Source of the DNA: Gemmatimonadales bacterium
GTDB lineage: Bacteria; Gemmatimonadota; Gemmatimonadetes; Gemmatimonadales; GWC2-71-9
Direction: 5' to 3'
Length of the DNA: 64,000 bases
NCBI GenBank assembly: GCA_041615815.1
Contig: JBFJCP010000010.1
Location: forward strand, 52,258 to 116,257
Part shown: positions 9,874 through 19,943 of the stretch, in pieces
Layout of the letters: every line of letters begins with the position of its first letter
Numbering within the stretch: the stretch's first letter is position 1
Made by a program: the position numbers and the translations under genes
Notes under the pieces: generated by a model
The model's input: only the letters and a program-made list of their open reading frames with translations
Told to the model about the DNA's origin: nothing
The model's database searches: none

Positions 9874-10676
9874 GACGGCATCACCTCCAAACCCGGCACA
9901 GGAGCAAAGTGGTTGAGGGGACCGTGGCCTTGGCCAATCCCAGGCGCGGTGGCGATGCCCTCGTGCACGAACGCCAGCGCCTCGCGGACGGCACGGTCCA
10001 GATCCCATTCCAAGGCGAGGCCGGCGGCGACCGCGGCGGAAAGCGTGCAACCCGTTCCGTGCGTCGATGTCGTCTGGATTCGCGGCTGTGAGACATGGTG
10101 CACCGTATCGCCATACACGAGCACATCCACGACCTCGTCTCCCTCCAGGTGTCCGCCTTTGACCACTGCGGCGGTGGCCCCCATGGCCACCAGGGCGCGG
10201 CCGGCACGCTCCAGATCGGTGATCGAATCGATGCGTTCGCCCGCGAGAATCTGAGCCTCGTCCCGATTGGGCGTGACCACGGTGGCGAGCGGAACGAGTT
10301 GGCGTCCCACGAGCTGCTCAGCAGCCGGCTCGAGCAGCCGGTCACCCGAGGTCGCGACCATCACGGGATCCAGCACGTAATTGGGGAATCCGTGCCGCGC
10401 CATCGCGTGGGCCACGACCTCCACGAGCTCGCCCGTAGCGAGCATCCCGCTCTTCACGGCGTTGGGGGGGAGGTCCGCTGCCACGGCGTCGAGCTGAGCT
10501 GCTACGATCTCTGGCGGAACCGGGTGAATGGCGGCAACCCCCTTGGTGTTCTGGGCGGTGATGGCTACAACGGCTGAGGTGCCAAAGACCCGATACTGGT
10601 GAAAAGTCTTCAGATCCGCTTGGATCCCGGCCCCGCCACCGGAGTCCGAGCCTGCGATCGTCAACGCAATTCTCAT
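9870..10676 (-). CDS. thiD: Hydroxymethylpyrimidine/phosphomethylpyrimidine kinase
   Basis: [55 protein letters not shown]. Confidence 0.95.
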   Translation of the reverse strand: MRIALTIAGSDSGGGAGIQADLKTFHQYRVFGTSAVVAITAQNTKGVAAIHPVPPEIVAAQLDAVAADLPPNAVKSGMLATGELVEVVAHAMARHGFPNYVLDPVMVATSGDRLLEPAAEQLVGRQLVPLATVVTPNRDEAQILAGERIDSITDLERAGRALVAMGATAAVVKGGHLEGDEVVDVLVYGDTVHHVSQPRIQTTSTHGTGCTLSAAVAAGLALEWDLDRAVREALAFVHEGIATAPGIGQGHGPLNHFAPVPGLEVMPS

Positions 10677-10747
10677 CTTCGCCTATCTCGCGCGAATCCA
10701 GTCACTTGGCGGACGGGGGCAGTGGGGTAAATTCGTGGCCAGCACTC

Positions 10748-11518
10748 ATGAACTCCAATCTCATCACGCTGATCCGAAATCTGCAACATCGGAAAGGGCG
10801 CCGGCGCCGCGGCCTCGCCGTGGCTGAAGGCGTGCGACTGGTAGACGAGGCGCTCAAAGCGAGCGTGCCGTTCCGTGGTGCCGTGGTGAGTCCGGTGGGG
10901 AAGAGCACACCACTCGGTCGGAACCTCCTCGGTGCACTCGCCGCCCACGCCGTCCCCATCGAGGAGATCGGCGAGCGGGAGTTGGCGACGTTGGCGGACA
11001 CGGACACCCCCCAGGGGATCCTGGCCGTGATCGAGCCGCCACGATTTACCCTCTCAGACATCAAGCCCCACGATCGATTCCCGATCCTCGTGTTGGATGG
11101 CGTCCAAGACCCGGGCAACGTCGGAGCCCTGCTCCGCACCGCCTTCGCCCTCGGGGCGCCCGGCGCCATCCTGCTGAAAGGCACAGCCGACGCCACGAAT
11201 CCCAAGGTTCTGCGTGCCGGCATGGGGGCGTCGTTTCGGCTTCCGGCAGCCACCGCTGATGAGACCACGTTCGCAGAGTGGGTGCGGGAGCACGACGCGA
11301 GCGTATGGGCGGCTGACGCGCAGGGGGTCCGGCTGGAGCGTCTGGATCCGCCGCCGCGGCTTGCCATCGCCGTGGGGAACGAAGGAGCCGGCCTACGGCC
11401 GGCGGTCGCAAGTCTCGCCAAGCAACGGGTTGCCATCGGGCTTGCTCGCGGGGCGGAATCCCTCAACGTCACGGTGGCAGCAGGCATCCTGCTCTACGAG
11501 GTGCAGCGTGATCGGTGA
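10748..11518 (+). CDS. TrmH/SpoU family RNA methyltransferase
   Basis: [39 protein letters not shown]. Confidence 0.9.
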   Translation: MNSNLITLIRNLQHRKGRRRRGLAVAEGVRLVDEALKASVPFRGAVVSPVGKSTPLGRNLLGALAAHAVPIEEIGERELATLADTDTPQGILAVIEPPRFTLSDIKPHDRFPILVLDGVQDPGNVGALLRTAFALGAPGAILLKGTADATNPKVLRAGMGASFRLPAATADETTFAEWVREHDASVWAADAQGVRLERLDPPPRLAIAVGNEGAGLRPAVASLAKQRVAIGLARGAESLNVTVAAGILLYEVQRDR

Positions 11519-12281
11519 TCCTTTGGTCTTGATGGTCGCGGGTGTGTTCGGTGCGATGCTCGGCAGCTTCCTGAACGTGTGCATCGTCCGACTTCCCAAA
11601 GACGAATCGATCGTCAGTCCCCGCTCGCGATGTCCCCGCTGCCACACCCCCGTGGCCTGGTTCGACAACGTGCCGGTGCTGTCGTGGATCCTGCTCCGCG
11701 GGAAGTGTCGACACTGCGGCGAGACCATCTCAGTGCAGTACCCGGCCATCGAGCTGCTCACGGCGACGATCTGGATAGGCGCGGTCTGGTACTACGGCAT
11801 CACCCTCACGGCTCTTGCGGCGGGCATGCTGGGGACCATCCTGCTGGGCATCGCCGTGACGGACGCGCGACACTACCTGATTCCAGACGAGTACACGTTC
11901 GGAGGGCTCGCCGTGGGCCTGGTGCTCTCGCTGCGCGGTGGCCTCGATGGTCTGGTCGCGGCTCTGGTGGGAGCGCTGGTAGGATTCGGGGTGCTCTATG
12001 CGGTGGCCTTCATCGGGGAGAAAGCCCTCGGTAAGGAAGCGATGGGTGGCGGAGACATCAAGATGATGGCCATGGTCGGGGCATTTGTGGGGTGGCGGGG
12101 CGTGCTCCTCACCATCTTTGGGGGCGCCTTGCTGGGGACCCTGATCTTCGTCCCGATCTCACTCTTGTCGAAAGACAAGCCGCTCGTTCCATTCGGCGTG
12201 TTCCTGGCCGGCGCCGCCGCCCTGGTGTTCGTGTTTGGCGACGCGGTGTGGCAATGGTACATGGGGTTCGTCGGCGGGTAG
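11508..12281 (+). CDS. pilD: Prepilin peptidase / N-methyltransferase (A24)
   Basis: GSFLNVCIVRLP, SRCPRC, DNVPVLSW, GKCRHC, AMGGGDIK, VPFGVFL. Confidence 0.9.
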   Translation: MIGDPLVLMVAGVFGAMLGSFLNVCIVRLPKDESIVSPRSRCPRCHTPVAWFDNVPVLSWILLRGKCRHCGETISVQYPAIELLTATIWIGAVWYYGITLTALAAGMLGTILLGIAVTDARHYLIPDEYTFGGLAVGLVLSLRGGLDGLVAALVGALVGFGVLYAVAFIGEKALGKEAMGGGDIKMMAMVGAFVGWRGVLLTIFGGALLGTLIFVPISLLSKDKPLVPFGVFLAGAAALVFVFGDAVWQWYMGFVGG

Positions 12282-12407
12282 GGCGGACGGGTGGTGGGTC
12301 AGAACGAACCAAAGCGGGAGGTGGTGGGGGGTCTGCAAGCCGCGCTTTCCCCTCTGGCCGGCCCGCGCTCCCCGTAAACCTTTCGACGTATTCAACTATC
12401 CAAACGA

Positions 12408-12980
12408 GTGCATGCAGCTGATAGGCCTCGAGGGGTGCAGGCCCTGAAAAATCGGCAGGATACGCTCCAAGCGGATCCTGACGCGGTCGATGCCACGCTG
12501 GCCGCGAGTGGGGACGTGCATGCCTTCGAGCGCCTGTACCACGGTCATGTGGCTCGAATTCACAGCCTCGCGCGGAGGATGATGGGGCCTGAGGACGCGG
12601 ACGAGGCGACGCAGGACGCGTTCGTGCGAGCCTGGGAAAAGCTCAGCACGTTTCGCGGGGAGTCAGCGTTCGGAACGTGGCTGCACCGCTTGGCGATCAA
12701 CGTGATGTTGGCAGAGCGGACCCGCCGCGGCCGGCGCTGGCATCGGGAACTCGCGGTGGAGATAGAGGGGGAGGCGACCACGAGTAGTCCGGAACTTCGG
12801 ATGGACTTCGAGCGGGCGATGAGCCACCTGCCGGCGGGGGCTCGGGAGGTATTCGTGCTTCACGACATCGAGGGTTTCAAGCATCACGAGATCGGGGAGA
12901 TGTTGGGAATCGCAGCGGGAACCTCCAAGGCACAGCTTCATCGCGCGCGCATGGCGCTGCGACAGCACCTGGATCGATGA
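12408..12980 (+). CDS. ECF-type RNA polymerase sigma-70 factor
   Basis: AFERLY, TQDAFVRAW, FRGESAFGTWLHR, VFVLHDIEGFKHHEIG..GTSKAQLHRAR; start uncertain (12408 or 12435). Confidence 0.9.
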   Translation: MHAADRPRGVQALKNRQDTLQADPDAVDATLAASGDVHAFERLYHGHVARIHSLARRMMGPEDADEATQDAFVRAWEKLSTFRGESAFGTWLHRLAINVMLAERTRRGRRWHRELAVEIEGEATTSSPELRMDFERAMSHLPAGAREVFVLHDIEGFKHHEIGEMLGIAAGTSKAQLHRARMALRQHLDR

Positions 12981-12993
12981 TAGGAGCAGCAAG

Positions 12994-13671
12994 ATGACGG
13001 ATATATGGATCAATCGGCTGTCCGAGTACGTGGATCGAGAGCTCGACCCAGCAGACGAGGGTGCTCTCGAGGCCCATCTCGCGGAGTGTCAGCGCTGCCG
13101 GGCCACGGTGGAAGAGCTGCGGGGGGTCGTGGCCAGGGCTCGAGGCCTCGAGGACCGACCGCCGCTCAACGACCTGTGGTCGGGGATCGCGGGCCGGATT
13201 GCTGGAAAACGCGTTCCCGCCGCCGTGGTGGATCTGGGGACGGCGCGCCGGCGGCGCATCGCGTTTTCCGTGCCGCAGCTCCTGGCAGCGGGCATTGCGT
13301 TGATGGCGGTATCGGGCGGTGCGGTATGGCTGGCCATCCGCGCACCGGTGGCCACGCAGACTCCGGTGGCGGTCGAGGGGGTGGCTCCCAATGCGATGAC
13401 CGCGCGGCCGGTCCTCGCCGCCGACGAATACGATTCGGCCATTGCGGAACTGGAACACGTCCTGCGCGAACATCGCGATCAATTGGATCCCGAGACGGTG
13501 GCGACGCTGACCGAGAGCGTCGCGGCGATCGACCGCGCGATCGAGGAGGCCCAAGCCGCCCTCGTATCGGATCCGGCCAACGCCTATCTCAACAACCATC
13601 TTGCGGACACGATGCGTCGCAAGATTCACGTACTGAGCCGGGCGGCGGCGCTCGTCCGGACCGCGAGCTGA
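12994..13671 (+). CDS. Zinc-finger (zf-HC2/ZAS) anti-sigma factor
   Basis: LSEYVDREL...HLAECQRC (HxxxCxxC), one TM, helical C-domain. Confidence 0.85.
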   Translation: MTDIWINRLSEYVDRELDPADEGALEAHLAECQRCRATVEELRGVVARARGLEDRPPLNDLWSGIAGRIAGKRVPAAVVDLGTARRRRIAFSVPQLLAAGIALMAVSGGAVWLAIRAPVATQTPVAVEGVAPNAMTARPVLAADEYDSAIAELEHVLREHRDQLDPETVATLTESVAAIDRAIEEAQAALVSDPANAYLNNHLADTMRRKIHVLSRAAALVRTAS

Positions 13672-13712
13672 TGGTGAGGAGTGAAACCGATGCTGGCGGA
13701 GGAGAGTAGGGT

Positions 13713-14576
13713 ATGCTAACGGCGGTAGTGGGCGGTTTCGTCCTGAGCCTCGCGCTGGTCCAACAGACCGACACCGTGGTGACGGTCCGTCCAGATGCTC
13801 GTCTCGAGGTGGGTGGGTTGGGGGGTGAGGTGGTGGTGCGGACGTGGGATCGAACCAACCAAATGCGGGTGGTGGCGTATCACTCGAGTCAGTCGACCGT
13901 CGAGATTCGGTCCGGTGTATCGAGCGTACGGCTCGAAGCCAAGTCTCGCCGGGGCGTTCCTCGATCCGTCGAATACCAAGTCACCGTGCCGAGGACGATG
14001 GACGTCGAGGTGAACGGCACGTTCATGGATGCGGACATTCGAGGTGTGCAGGGGAGTGTGGCTGTCGAGACCGTGCAAGGCGATGTGCGGGTGGAAGGTG
14101 GGGCTCGATACGTCCGCGCCGTGTCGGTCCAGGGCGATGTCGAGGTCCAGGGAGCACGGGGCCGGGTGTTCGTGGAAACGGTCAACGGGACTCTGCGGGT
14201 GCGGAACGTCGTCGGGGAGGTCCGGGCCGAGACGGTCAACGGGGGGCTCTTTTTGGAAGGAATCGACGCCCGGTCGGTCGAGGCCGCAACGGTGAATGGT
14301 GAGATCGTCTACGACGGCACGATATCCGACGGAGGCCGGTACTCGTTCAATACACACAACGGCGATCTCACAGTATCGGTGCCGGAGCGAGCCAACGTGA
14401 CGATCTCGGTATCGACGTTCAACGGAGACTTCGAATCGGACTTCCCTGTCACCATCACGGGGACGAGGGGAAAGCGCTTCAACTTCACGCTGGGCTCCGG
14501 CAGCGCGCGTTTGGAGCTGGAGTCGTTCGGCGGGAGCATTCGTTTGCGCCGTCCCGGGACTGGCCGGCGGCGTTGA
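13713..14576 (+). CDS. DUF4097 beta-strand repeat protein
   Basis: Repeated TVQGD/SVQGD/TVNG/THNGD units; N-terminal signal-like segment. Confidence 0.8.
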   Translation: MLTAVVGGFVLSLALVQQTDTVVTVRPDARLEVGGLGGEVVVRTWDRTNQMRVVAYHSSQSTVEIRSGVSSVRLEAKSRRGVPRSVEYQVTVPRTMDVEVNGTFMDADIRGVQGSVAVETVQGDVRVEGGARYVRAVSVQGDVEVQGARGRVFVETVNGTLRVRNVVGEVRAETVNGGLFLEGIDARSVEAATVNGEIVYDGTISDGGRYSFNTHNGDLTVSVPERANVTISVSTFNGDFESDFPVTITGTRGKRFNFTLGSGSARLELESFGGSIRLRRPGTGRRR

Positions 14577-14616
14577 TGCGGTTGCGTATCTTCGATCACG
14601 AGGTAATGTCAAAGGA

Positions 14617-15450
14617 GTGAAACTCATGAAGATTTTCCCCGTGGTCGCCGTATTGGGCGTCATTGGCTGGTCGGTCATGCGTCCAGAGATCAGTGAGCAT
14701 GTCGGTCACGTCAGGGCACATGCTCGGTCGTCCACTTCAGCCCAAGACTTTCAGTGGCGTGGGCAGATTGCGGCCGGAAACGCCATCGAGATTCGCGGTG
14801 TCAACGGTGATGTCAGGGCCATGCTCGCGAGCGGGCCGGAGGTCGAGGTCACGGCCGAGAAGCGTGCCGGACGCCGGGGGGATCCCGAAGAGGTGACCAT
14901 CGAAGTGCTCGAGCACGACGGCGGCGTGACCGTTTGCGCCATGTATCCATCTCGGCGCGATGCCAACGAGTGCAGACCCGGCGGCGGCAAGATGAACGTG
15001 AAAGACAACGATACCCAAGTACGCTTCACGGTGCGGGTGCCGGCGGGGGTCCGCTTCAAAGGCCACACGGTGAATGGTGATGTCGAGGCCACCGGTCTCG
15101 AGAGCGATATCAACGCCCACACGGTGAACGGTGGCATCGAGGTGAGCACGTCCGGGTTCGCCGAAGCGAGTACCGTGAACGGTTCCATCCGGGCAACGAT
15201 GGGTCGTGCGGACTGGGAAGGCGGACTCGATTTCTCGACCGTCAATGGGAGCATCACTGTGACGCTCCCGACGGACGTGCATGCGGACGTTCGTGCGAGC
15301 ACCGTCAACGGCAGTATCGAGACGGACTTTCCGCTCACGGTCTCTGGTCGCTTCACGCGCCGCAAGATGGAGGGTGTAATTGGCGACGGTGGCCGCGATC
15401 TCCAATTCGAAACCGTGAATGGGAGCATCAAACTGCGACGCAGCTCCTAG
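14617..15450 (+). CDS. DUF4097 beta-strand repeat protein
   Basis: Multiple TVNGSI-type repeats; N-terminal anchor. Confidence 0.8.
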   Translation: MKLMKIFPVVAVLGVIGWSVMRPEISEHVGHVRAHARSSTSAQDFQWRGQIAAGNAIEIRGVNGDVRAMLASGPEVEVTAEKRAGRRGDPEEVTIEVLEHDGGVTVCAMYPSRRDANECRPGGGKMNVKDNDTQVRFTVRVPAGVRFKGHTVNGDVEATGLESDINAHTVNGGIEVSTSGFAEASTVNGSIRATMGRADWEGGLDFSTVNGSITVTLPTDVHADVRASTVNGSIETDFPLTVSGRFTRRKMEGVIGDGGRDLQFETVNGSIKLRRSS

Positions 15451-15630
15451 ACTCCCCCGCCGCGTTGGTGCGGTGGACTCAGCCGCCGGGTGTGCCGCGC
15501 ATGCCCGGCGGTTACTATTTGATCGCTGTATGATCATGCCCGGCTGGCACCTCCCATCGCCAATCGGGTACACGAGTCGGGTATCCTCACCGTCTCAGGG
15601 GGAATTCGTGTCATTGGATGGGTCAAATCC

Positions 15631-16830
15631 ATGCGCATGCACATGACGCGCCTCGTGGGCCTGGCACTCGCGACGGTCAGTGGTAGTTGCGGCGTGCAGG
15701 GCGAGGCACAGGGGCCCAGCGAGATCCAGGCCCTCGCCGAGGCCCTGCTACCGGATGTCGAGCAGGCCGTGGGACTCACGTTCAAGTCCAATCCCGCCGT
15801 CGCGATCCGCACGCAGGAGCAAGTCCGAGCCTACCTGATCCACAAGCTGGATGACGAGCTGCCTCCGGAGGAACTGGAGCGGCTTATCGTGGCATATCGC
15901 CTGTTCGGTCTGATTCCGGACACGCTCGACATGCGGCAGCTCCTGCTCGCCCTGTATCTCGAACAGGTGGTTGGCTACTACGATCCCGACTCGGCCACGC
16001 TCTACATGGTCGAGCAGGTGGATCCGGCGATCGCCAAGTTCACGCTGGCACACGAGCTCGTCCACGCGCTCCAGGGCCAGTACGTCGCGCTGGACTCCCT
16101 TCTGTCCCTCAGGCGCCAGAACGACCGCAAGATGGCTGCCCAGGCGGTGTTCGAGGGGCAGGCGACGCTGGCCTCGTTCCAAGTGGTGTTCCCGGGTATG
16201 AATCCGGAGGCGACCGGACAATCATGGGGGGACTACTGGCGGGCGGTGCGGGAACAACAGGAGCGGATGCCGGTCTTTGCCAGTGCGCCGCTGATCATCC
16301 GAGAGTCGCTGGTGTTTCCCTACTTGGCGGGAGCGGACTTCATGTGGTGGTTCACCAGGCAGTTTGCGGACACGGTGCCGTTCGGGCCCAAGCTCCCGCG
16401 GTCCACCGAGCACATCCTGCATCCGGACCGGTACCGGAGCGGCGACGCCCCGGTTGGGCTGGCGTTTGGACGCGGAGGCGATCCGATCTACGAGGACGGG
16501 CTTGGCGAGTTCGAGATGCGGGTGCTCATCACCCATCTCACGGGGAGCGAAATGACAGCTTCCGCGGCGGTTCAGGGTTGGGGGGGCGATCAGTACGCGG
16601 TCTACGCGATCGGCGATGATCACGCCCTGGTCTGGGTGAGCGTGTGGGATGACGTCACCGCGGCCGATCGGTTCGCGGCAGTGCTGGAGCGAAATTGGAA
16701 GGCGCGGGCTGCGAGGCGCGTCGTCATCGAGCGGATGGACGTCGAAGGCCGACCGGGAGTGCGAGTCGTGCAGGCGCCCACCACGTGGTCGGGGTGGAAT
16801 GCCGTACCGACCGTGGAACTCATGAATTGA
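15631..16830 (+). CDS. Putative zinc metallopeptidase-like lipoprotein
   Basis: Lipobox SGSC; GYYDP, LAHELVHALQ (HExxH), downstream FEGQAT, FPYLAG. Confidence 0.65.
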   Translation: MRMHMTRLVGLALATVSGSCGVQGEAQGPSEIQALAEALLPDVEQAVGLTFKSNPAVAIRTQEQVRAYLIHKLDDELPPEELERLIVAYRLFGLIPDTLDMRQLLLALYLEQVVGYYDPDSATLYMVEQVDPAIAKFTLAHELVHALQGQYVALDSLLSLRRQNDRKMAAQAVFEGQATLASFQVVFPGMNPEATGQSWGDYWRAVREQQERMPVFASAPLIIRESLVFPYLAGADFMWWFTRQFADTVPFGPKLPRSTEHILHPDRYRSGDAPVGLAFGRGGDPIYEDGLGEFEMRVLITHLTGSEMTASAAVQGWGGDQYAVYAIGDDHALVWVSVWDDVTAADRFAAVLERNWKARAARRVVIERMDVEGRPGVRVVQAPTTWSGWNAVPTVELMN

Positions 16831-16871
16831 CCCGGGTGCCGAGGATCCGCCGAACCGCCAAGGTCAGGAAT

Positions 16872-18437
16872 CTACGGGAGCACCAGGGAGACCCCGTACG
16901 CGACGGCACCCACGATGGCACCCAACACGTAGCCCAGCCGGACGATGACGTTCAGCTCCCGCTGGGAGGTGGCGCGGACGATCTCTTCGATGCGCTCGAG
17001 TGAAAACCCCAGCACCTTCTGCTCCACCATGGTCTGTACATCCACGCGGTCCACGATGGTGGGCAGCTGATCTTGGATCCACGTCCAGAGCGCGGGAGCG
17101 AGCGCGGCGGCGAGCCGGTCCACGCTTCCCTCGGGAAGCCAGGCGGCCGGACGCCCGATGGGTCGGTCCAGCAAGCCCTGGAGGGCAGCCGCCGTGCCGT
17201 CGGCGACCCATGTGCGGACCTGTGGCGCCTGCGCAGCATCCGCCACGAGCTCGGCGGCGCGTTCCGGAGGGAGGTGGCGGAGAAGATCGCCCCACGTTCG
17301 CTGCTCGGTGGCCTCGAGGGCCCGGTCGAGCCGCTCGATCGCGTATCGTTTGGTGGTGGGGGCTCGCAGTACGGCGGTGATGTGGACGACGGCGGTTTCC
17401 TGGATGCCCGCGAGCCGCTCGGGCCCCAGGCGACGCAGATGGTCGCCGATGGGGCGGCGGAGGAAGCTCACGACGGCGTCGTTGATGCTGCGGGCAACCT
17501 GGGCTCGGACCTGTGGTTCGTCCAAGAGGTGGGCCAGATTGTCCGCCCCTTCGCGCTCGAAGTTGTCGAGCAGGCGAGCGACCGTTCTTTCGGTGACCAC
17601 GAGGCGGGCCACGATGCGCTCGTGCAGCAGGAGGTCACGGACAAAACGTTGGAACAGGTCGTGCAAGGCGCGCTGGATGCGGGATCGGGCCTCGGGATCG
17701 GCGAGCGTCGTGGCGAGGCGGTCGAGGGCCACCGGGAGATAATCTGCGACCTCCTTCTCGAGCGCGGCCACGATGCCGCGGGGAAGCCGCTCCAACAGAG
17801 GTGTCCGATCCTCGGCGAGATGGGCCAGTTGACGGCCAAGCCAATCGTTGATCGTCTGCTCGAGCCCCTGGCTGGCCGCGGCGTCGGTCACCCAGGTTTC
17901 CACCCTCTCGCGAATGGCTGTGCGGCGCGCGTCCGTGAGGACCTCGCCGATGGGCCGATCCGCGAATTCGTCACGGGTCCGGGCGAGGAATCGCGCGACG
18001 GCCTCTCGGAAGGCGTCGGTGCTCACGAATTCGGCGGCTCGATCCGCGACGGTGGGCGCCGTCTGCTCGAGCACACGCTCGACCTCCGCGAGCAGCCCCG
18101 GAGCGAGCTCGGAGCGGAGACTCCCCCGCTCGGTCTGGAGCACGGAGACGACGAACTTGCGAACGGCGTTGTGAAAAGCCTCGCGCACGCCCGACGCACT
18201 GAGTTGACGGGTGAGGTCTTCGGACGTAAGTAGACGCTGGCCAACCGTACGGCCGATGGTCTTGGCCAGTCTGGCCTTGTTCTTGGGGATCGCCCCTTGA
18301 AGCCGGAATGGTCCGGGACCTTTGGGCTCGTACGGGTGGAACAACATCCAGATCGCCACCGCGTTGGTGACGCCGCCCGCCAAGGCACCGAAGAAGATCG
18401 TGACGGCGGCGTTGAGCAGGGACGCGTCAGCTAGCAC
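16872..18437 (-). CDS. DUF445 family membrane-anchored protein
   Basis: GGVTNAVAIWMLFHP, GAIPKNK, C-terminal ELNVIVRLGYVLGAIVG. Confidence 0.85.
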   Translation of the reverse strand: MLADASLLNAAVTIFFGALAGGVTNAVAIWMLFHPYEPKGPGPFRLQGAIPKNKARLAKTIGRTVGQRLLTSEDLTRQLSASGVREAFHNAVRKFVVSVLQTERGSLRSELAPGLLAEVERVLEQTAPTVADRAAEFVSTDAFREAVARFLARTRDEFADRPIGEVLTDARRTAIRERVETWVTDAAASQGLEQTINDWLGRQLAHLAEDRTPLLERLPRGIVAALEKEVADYLPVALDRLATTLADPEARSRIQRALHDLFQRFVRDLLLHERIVARLVVTERTVARLLDNFEREGADNLAHLLDEPQVRAQVARSINDAVVSFLRRPIGDHLRRLGPERLAGIQETAVVHITAVLRAPTTKRYAIERLDRALEATEQRTWGDLLRHLPPERAAELVADAAQAPQVRTWVADGTAAALQGLLDRPIGRPAAWLPEGSVDRLAAALAPALWTWIQDQLPTIVDRVDVQTMVEQKVLGFSLERIEEIVRATSQRELNVIVRLGYVLGAIVGAVAYGVSLVLP

Positions 18438-18487
18438 GCGTCACCCACGTTTGGCCGATTGGAGAACGAGCGCAGTCAGAGGGCACG

Positions 18488-19810
18488 ATGAAACTATACA
18501 CCAAGATCTCCATTGGTCTGATCGCGGGCGCCGTGGTCGGCATCGGCGTCAACGTCATTGCCGCCCGTACCGGCTGGACCGCGGGTGTCACGTGGATGGG
18601 GGCTCTCGAGCCTCTTGGCACCGCGTTCATTCGGGCGATCACCATGATCGTGATTCCTCTCGTGGTCGCGAGTCTCATCGTCGGGGTTGCCAGCCTGGGC
18701 GATCTTCGCGCGCTGGGTCGGATCGGCGGGAAGACGGTCGCCTACTACCTGTCGACGACCGCCATCGCCGTGACCATCGGCCTCGTCCTGTCCAACGTCA
18801 TTCAACCGGGCAGCGGGATCCCCGAGGAGTCCAAGAACGCGCTGATGGAGGAATACGGGGGGGCGGCCGAAGGTCGGATCCAGCTTGCACAGGACAAGCC
18901 CGATCTCGTGAACACGCTCTTGGACATGATCCCCCGGAATCCCATCGAAGCGGCCGCGAACGGCGACATGCTCCCGCTGATCATCTTCACGCTGCTTTTC
19001 GGCGCGGCGGCGTCCATGCTCGGGGAAAGGCCCAAGAACGCCTTTGTCGGCTTCTTCGAAGCCGTGAACGAAATCTCGATGGTCATCATCAACTGGATCA
19101 TGAAGCTGGCCCCGTATGCGGTGTTTGCGCTCATCGCCGCCGTCACGGCGCGCTTTGGGTTCGACATCCTCCGCAGCCTCCTGGTGTATTCTCTGGTGGT
19201 GGTGGCCGGGCTGCTGCTCCATGCGTTTGGCACCTACGCCATCATTGTCCGGTTTCTGGCGGGACTCAACCCGCTCTATTTCTACAAGCGTGTGCGGGAA
19301 GCCCAACTCCTGGGATTCTCGACGTCCAGTTCCAACGCGACGCTTCCGATCACCATCGCCGTAGCCGAAAAAGAGCTGGGTGTCTCCACCCGAGTCGCCG
19401 GATTCGTGCTGCCGCTGGGTGCCACCATCAATATGGACGGCACGGCGCTCTATCAGGGTGTCGCGGTCATGTTCATCGCCCAGGTGTTCGGGATCGATCT
19501 CAATTGGACCACCCAACTCGCCGTCGTGCTCACCGCCACGCTGGCCTCGATCGGCGCTGCCGGCGTCCCCAGTGCCGGGATCATCACCCTCGCGCTCGTA
19601 CTCCAGCAGGCCAACGTGCCGGAGACGGGCATCGCCCTGATCCTCGGGGTGGATCGGATCCTGGATATGCTGCGGACCGCCGTCAATATCACCGGTGACC
19701 TGACGGGCGCGACGCTCGTAGCCCGCACCGAGGGGGAATTGAGCGAAACCGAGTCCACGTCCTTGGATTTGGGGGCGCCGCCGCGGGAGAAGGCCGAATT
19801 GGTGGGATGA
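18488..19810 (+). CDS. Dicarboxylate/amino acid:cation symporter (GltP/DAACS)
   Basis: FSTSSSNATLP, LPLGATINMDGTALYQ, GVDRILDMLRTAVN. Confidence 0.93.
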   Translation: MKLYTKISIGLIAGAVVGIGVNVIAARTGWTAGVTWMGALEPLGTAFIRAITMIVIPLVVASLIVGVASLGDLRALGRIGGKTVAYYLSTTAIAVTIGLVLSNVIQPGSGIPEESKNALMEEYGGAAEGRIQLAQDKPDLVNTLLDMIPRNPIEAAANGDMLPLIIFTLLFGAAASMLGERPKNAFVGFFEAVNEISMVIINWIMKLAPYAVFALIAAVTARFGFDILRSLLVYSLVVVAGLLLHAFGTYAIIVRFLAGLNPLYFYKRVREAQLLGFSTSSSNATLPITIAVAEKELGVSTRVAGFVLPLGATINMDGTALYQGVAVMFIAQVFGIDLNWTTQLAVVLTATLASIGAAGVPSAGIITLALVLQQANVPETGIALILGVDRILDMLRTAVNITGDLTGATLVARTEGELSETESTSLDLGAPPREKAELVG

Positions 19811-19910
19811 GCAAGGCTGGGAGGCTGGAGGTTCGGAAGCTCCCCTCCCAACGGCCTAACCTCCCGACCTTCAGGCTTTCCAACATCCCGTCCTTCGGTC
19901 TGTCCTAACC
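19811..19910. repeat. Degenerate octamer repeats in inverted arrangement (same family as 1749-1840)
   Basis: aaggctgg gaggctgg aggttcgg, then a reverse arm whose complement reads aggacggg atgttgga aagcctga aggtcggg aggttagg. Confidence 0.5.
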
Positions 19911-19943
19911 CCTGCCAAATCATCCGCTTACCACCTATATTGC

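Noticed and set aside
10677..10747. TPP riboswitch upstream of thiD
   Set aside because: Only about 70 nt of divergent intergenic space and no TPP motif visible
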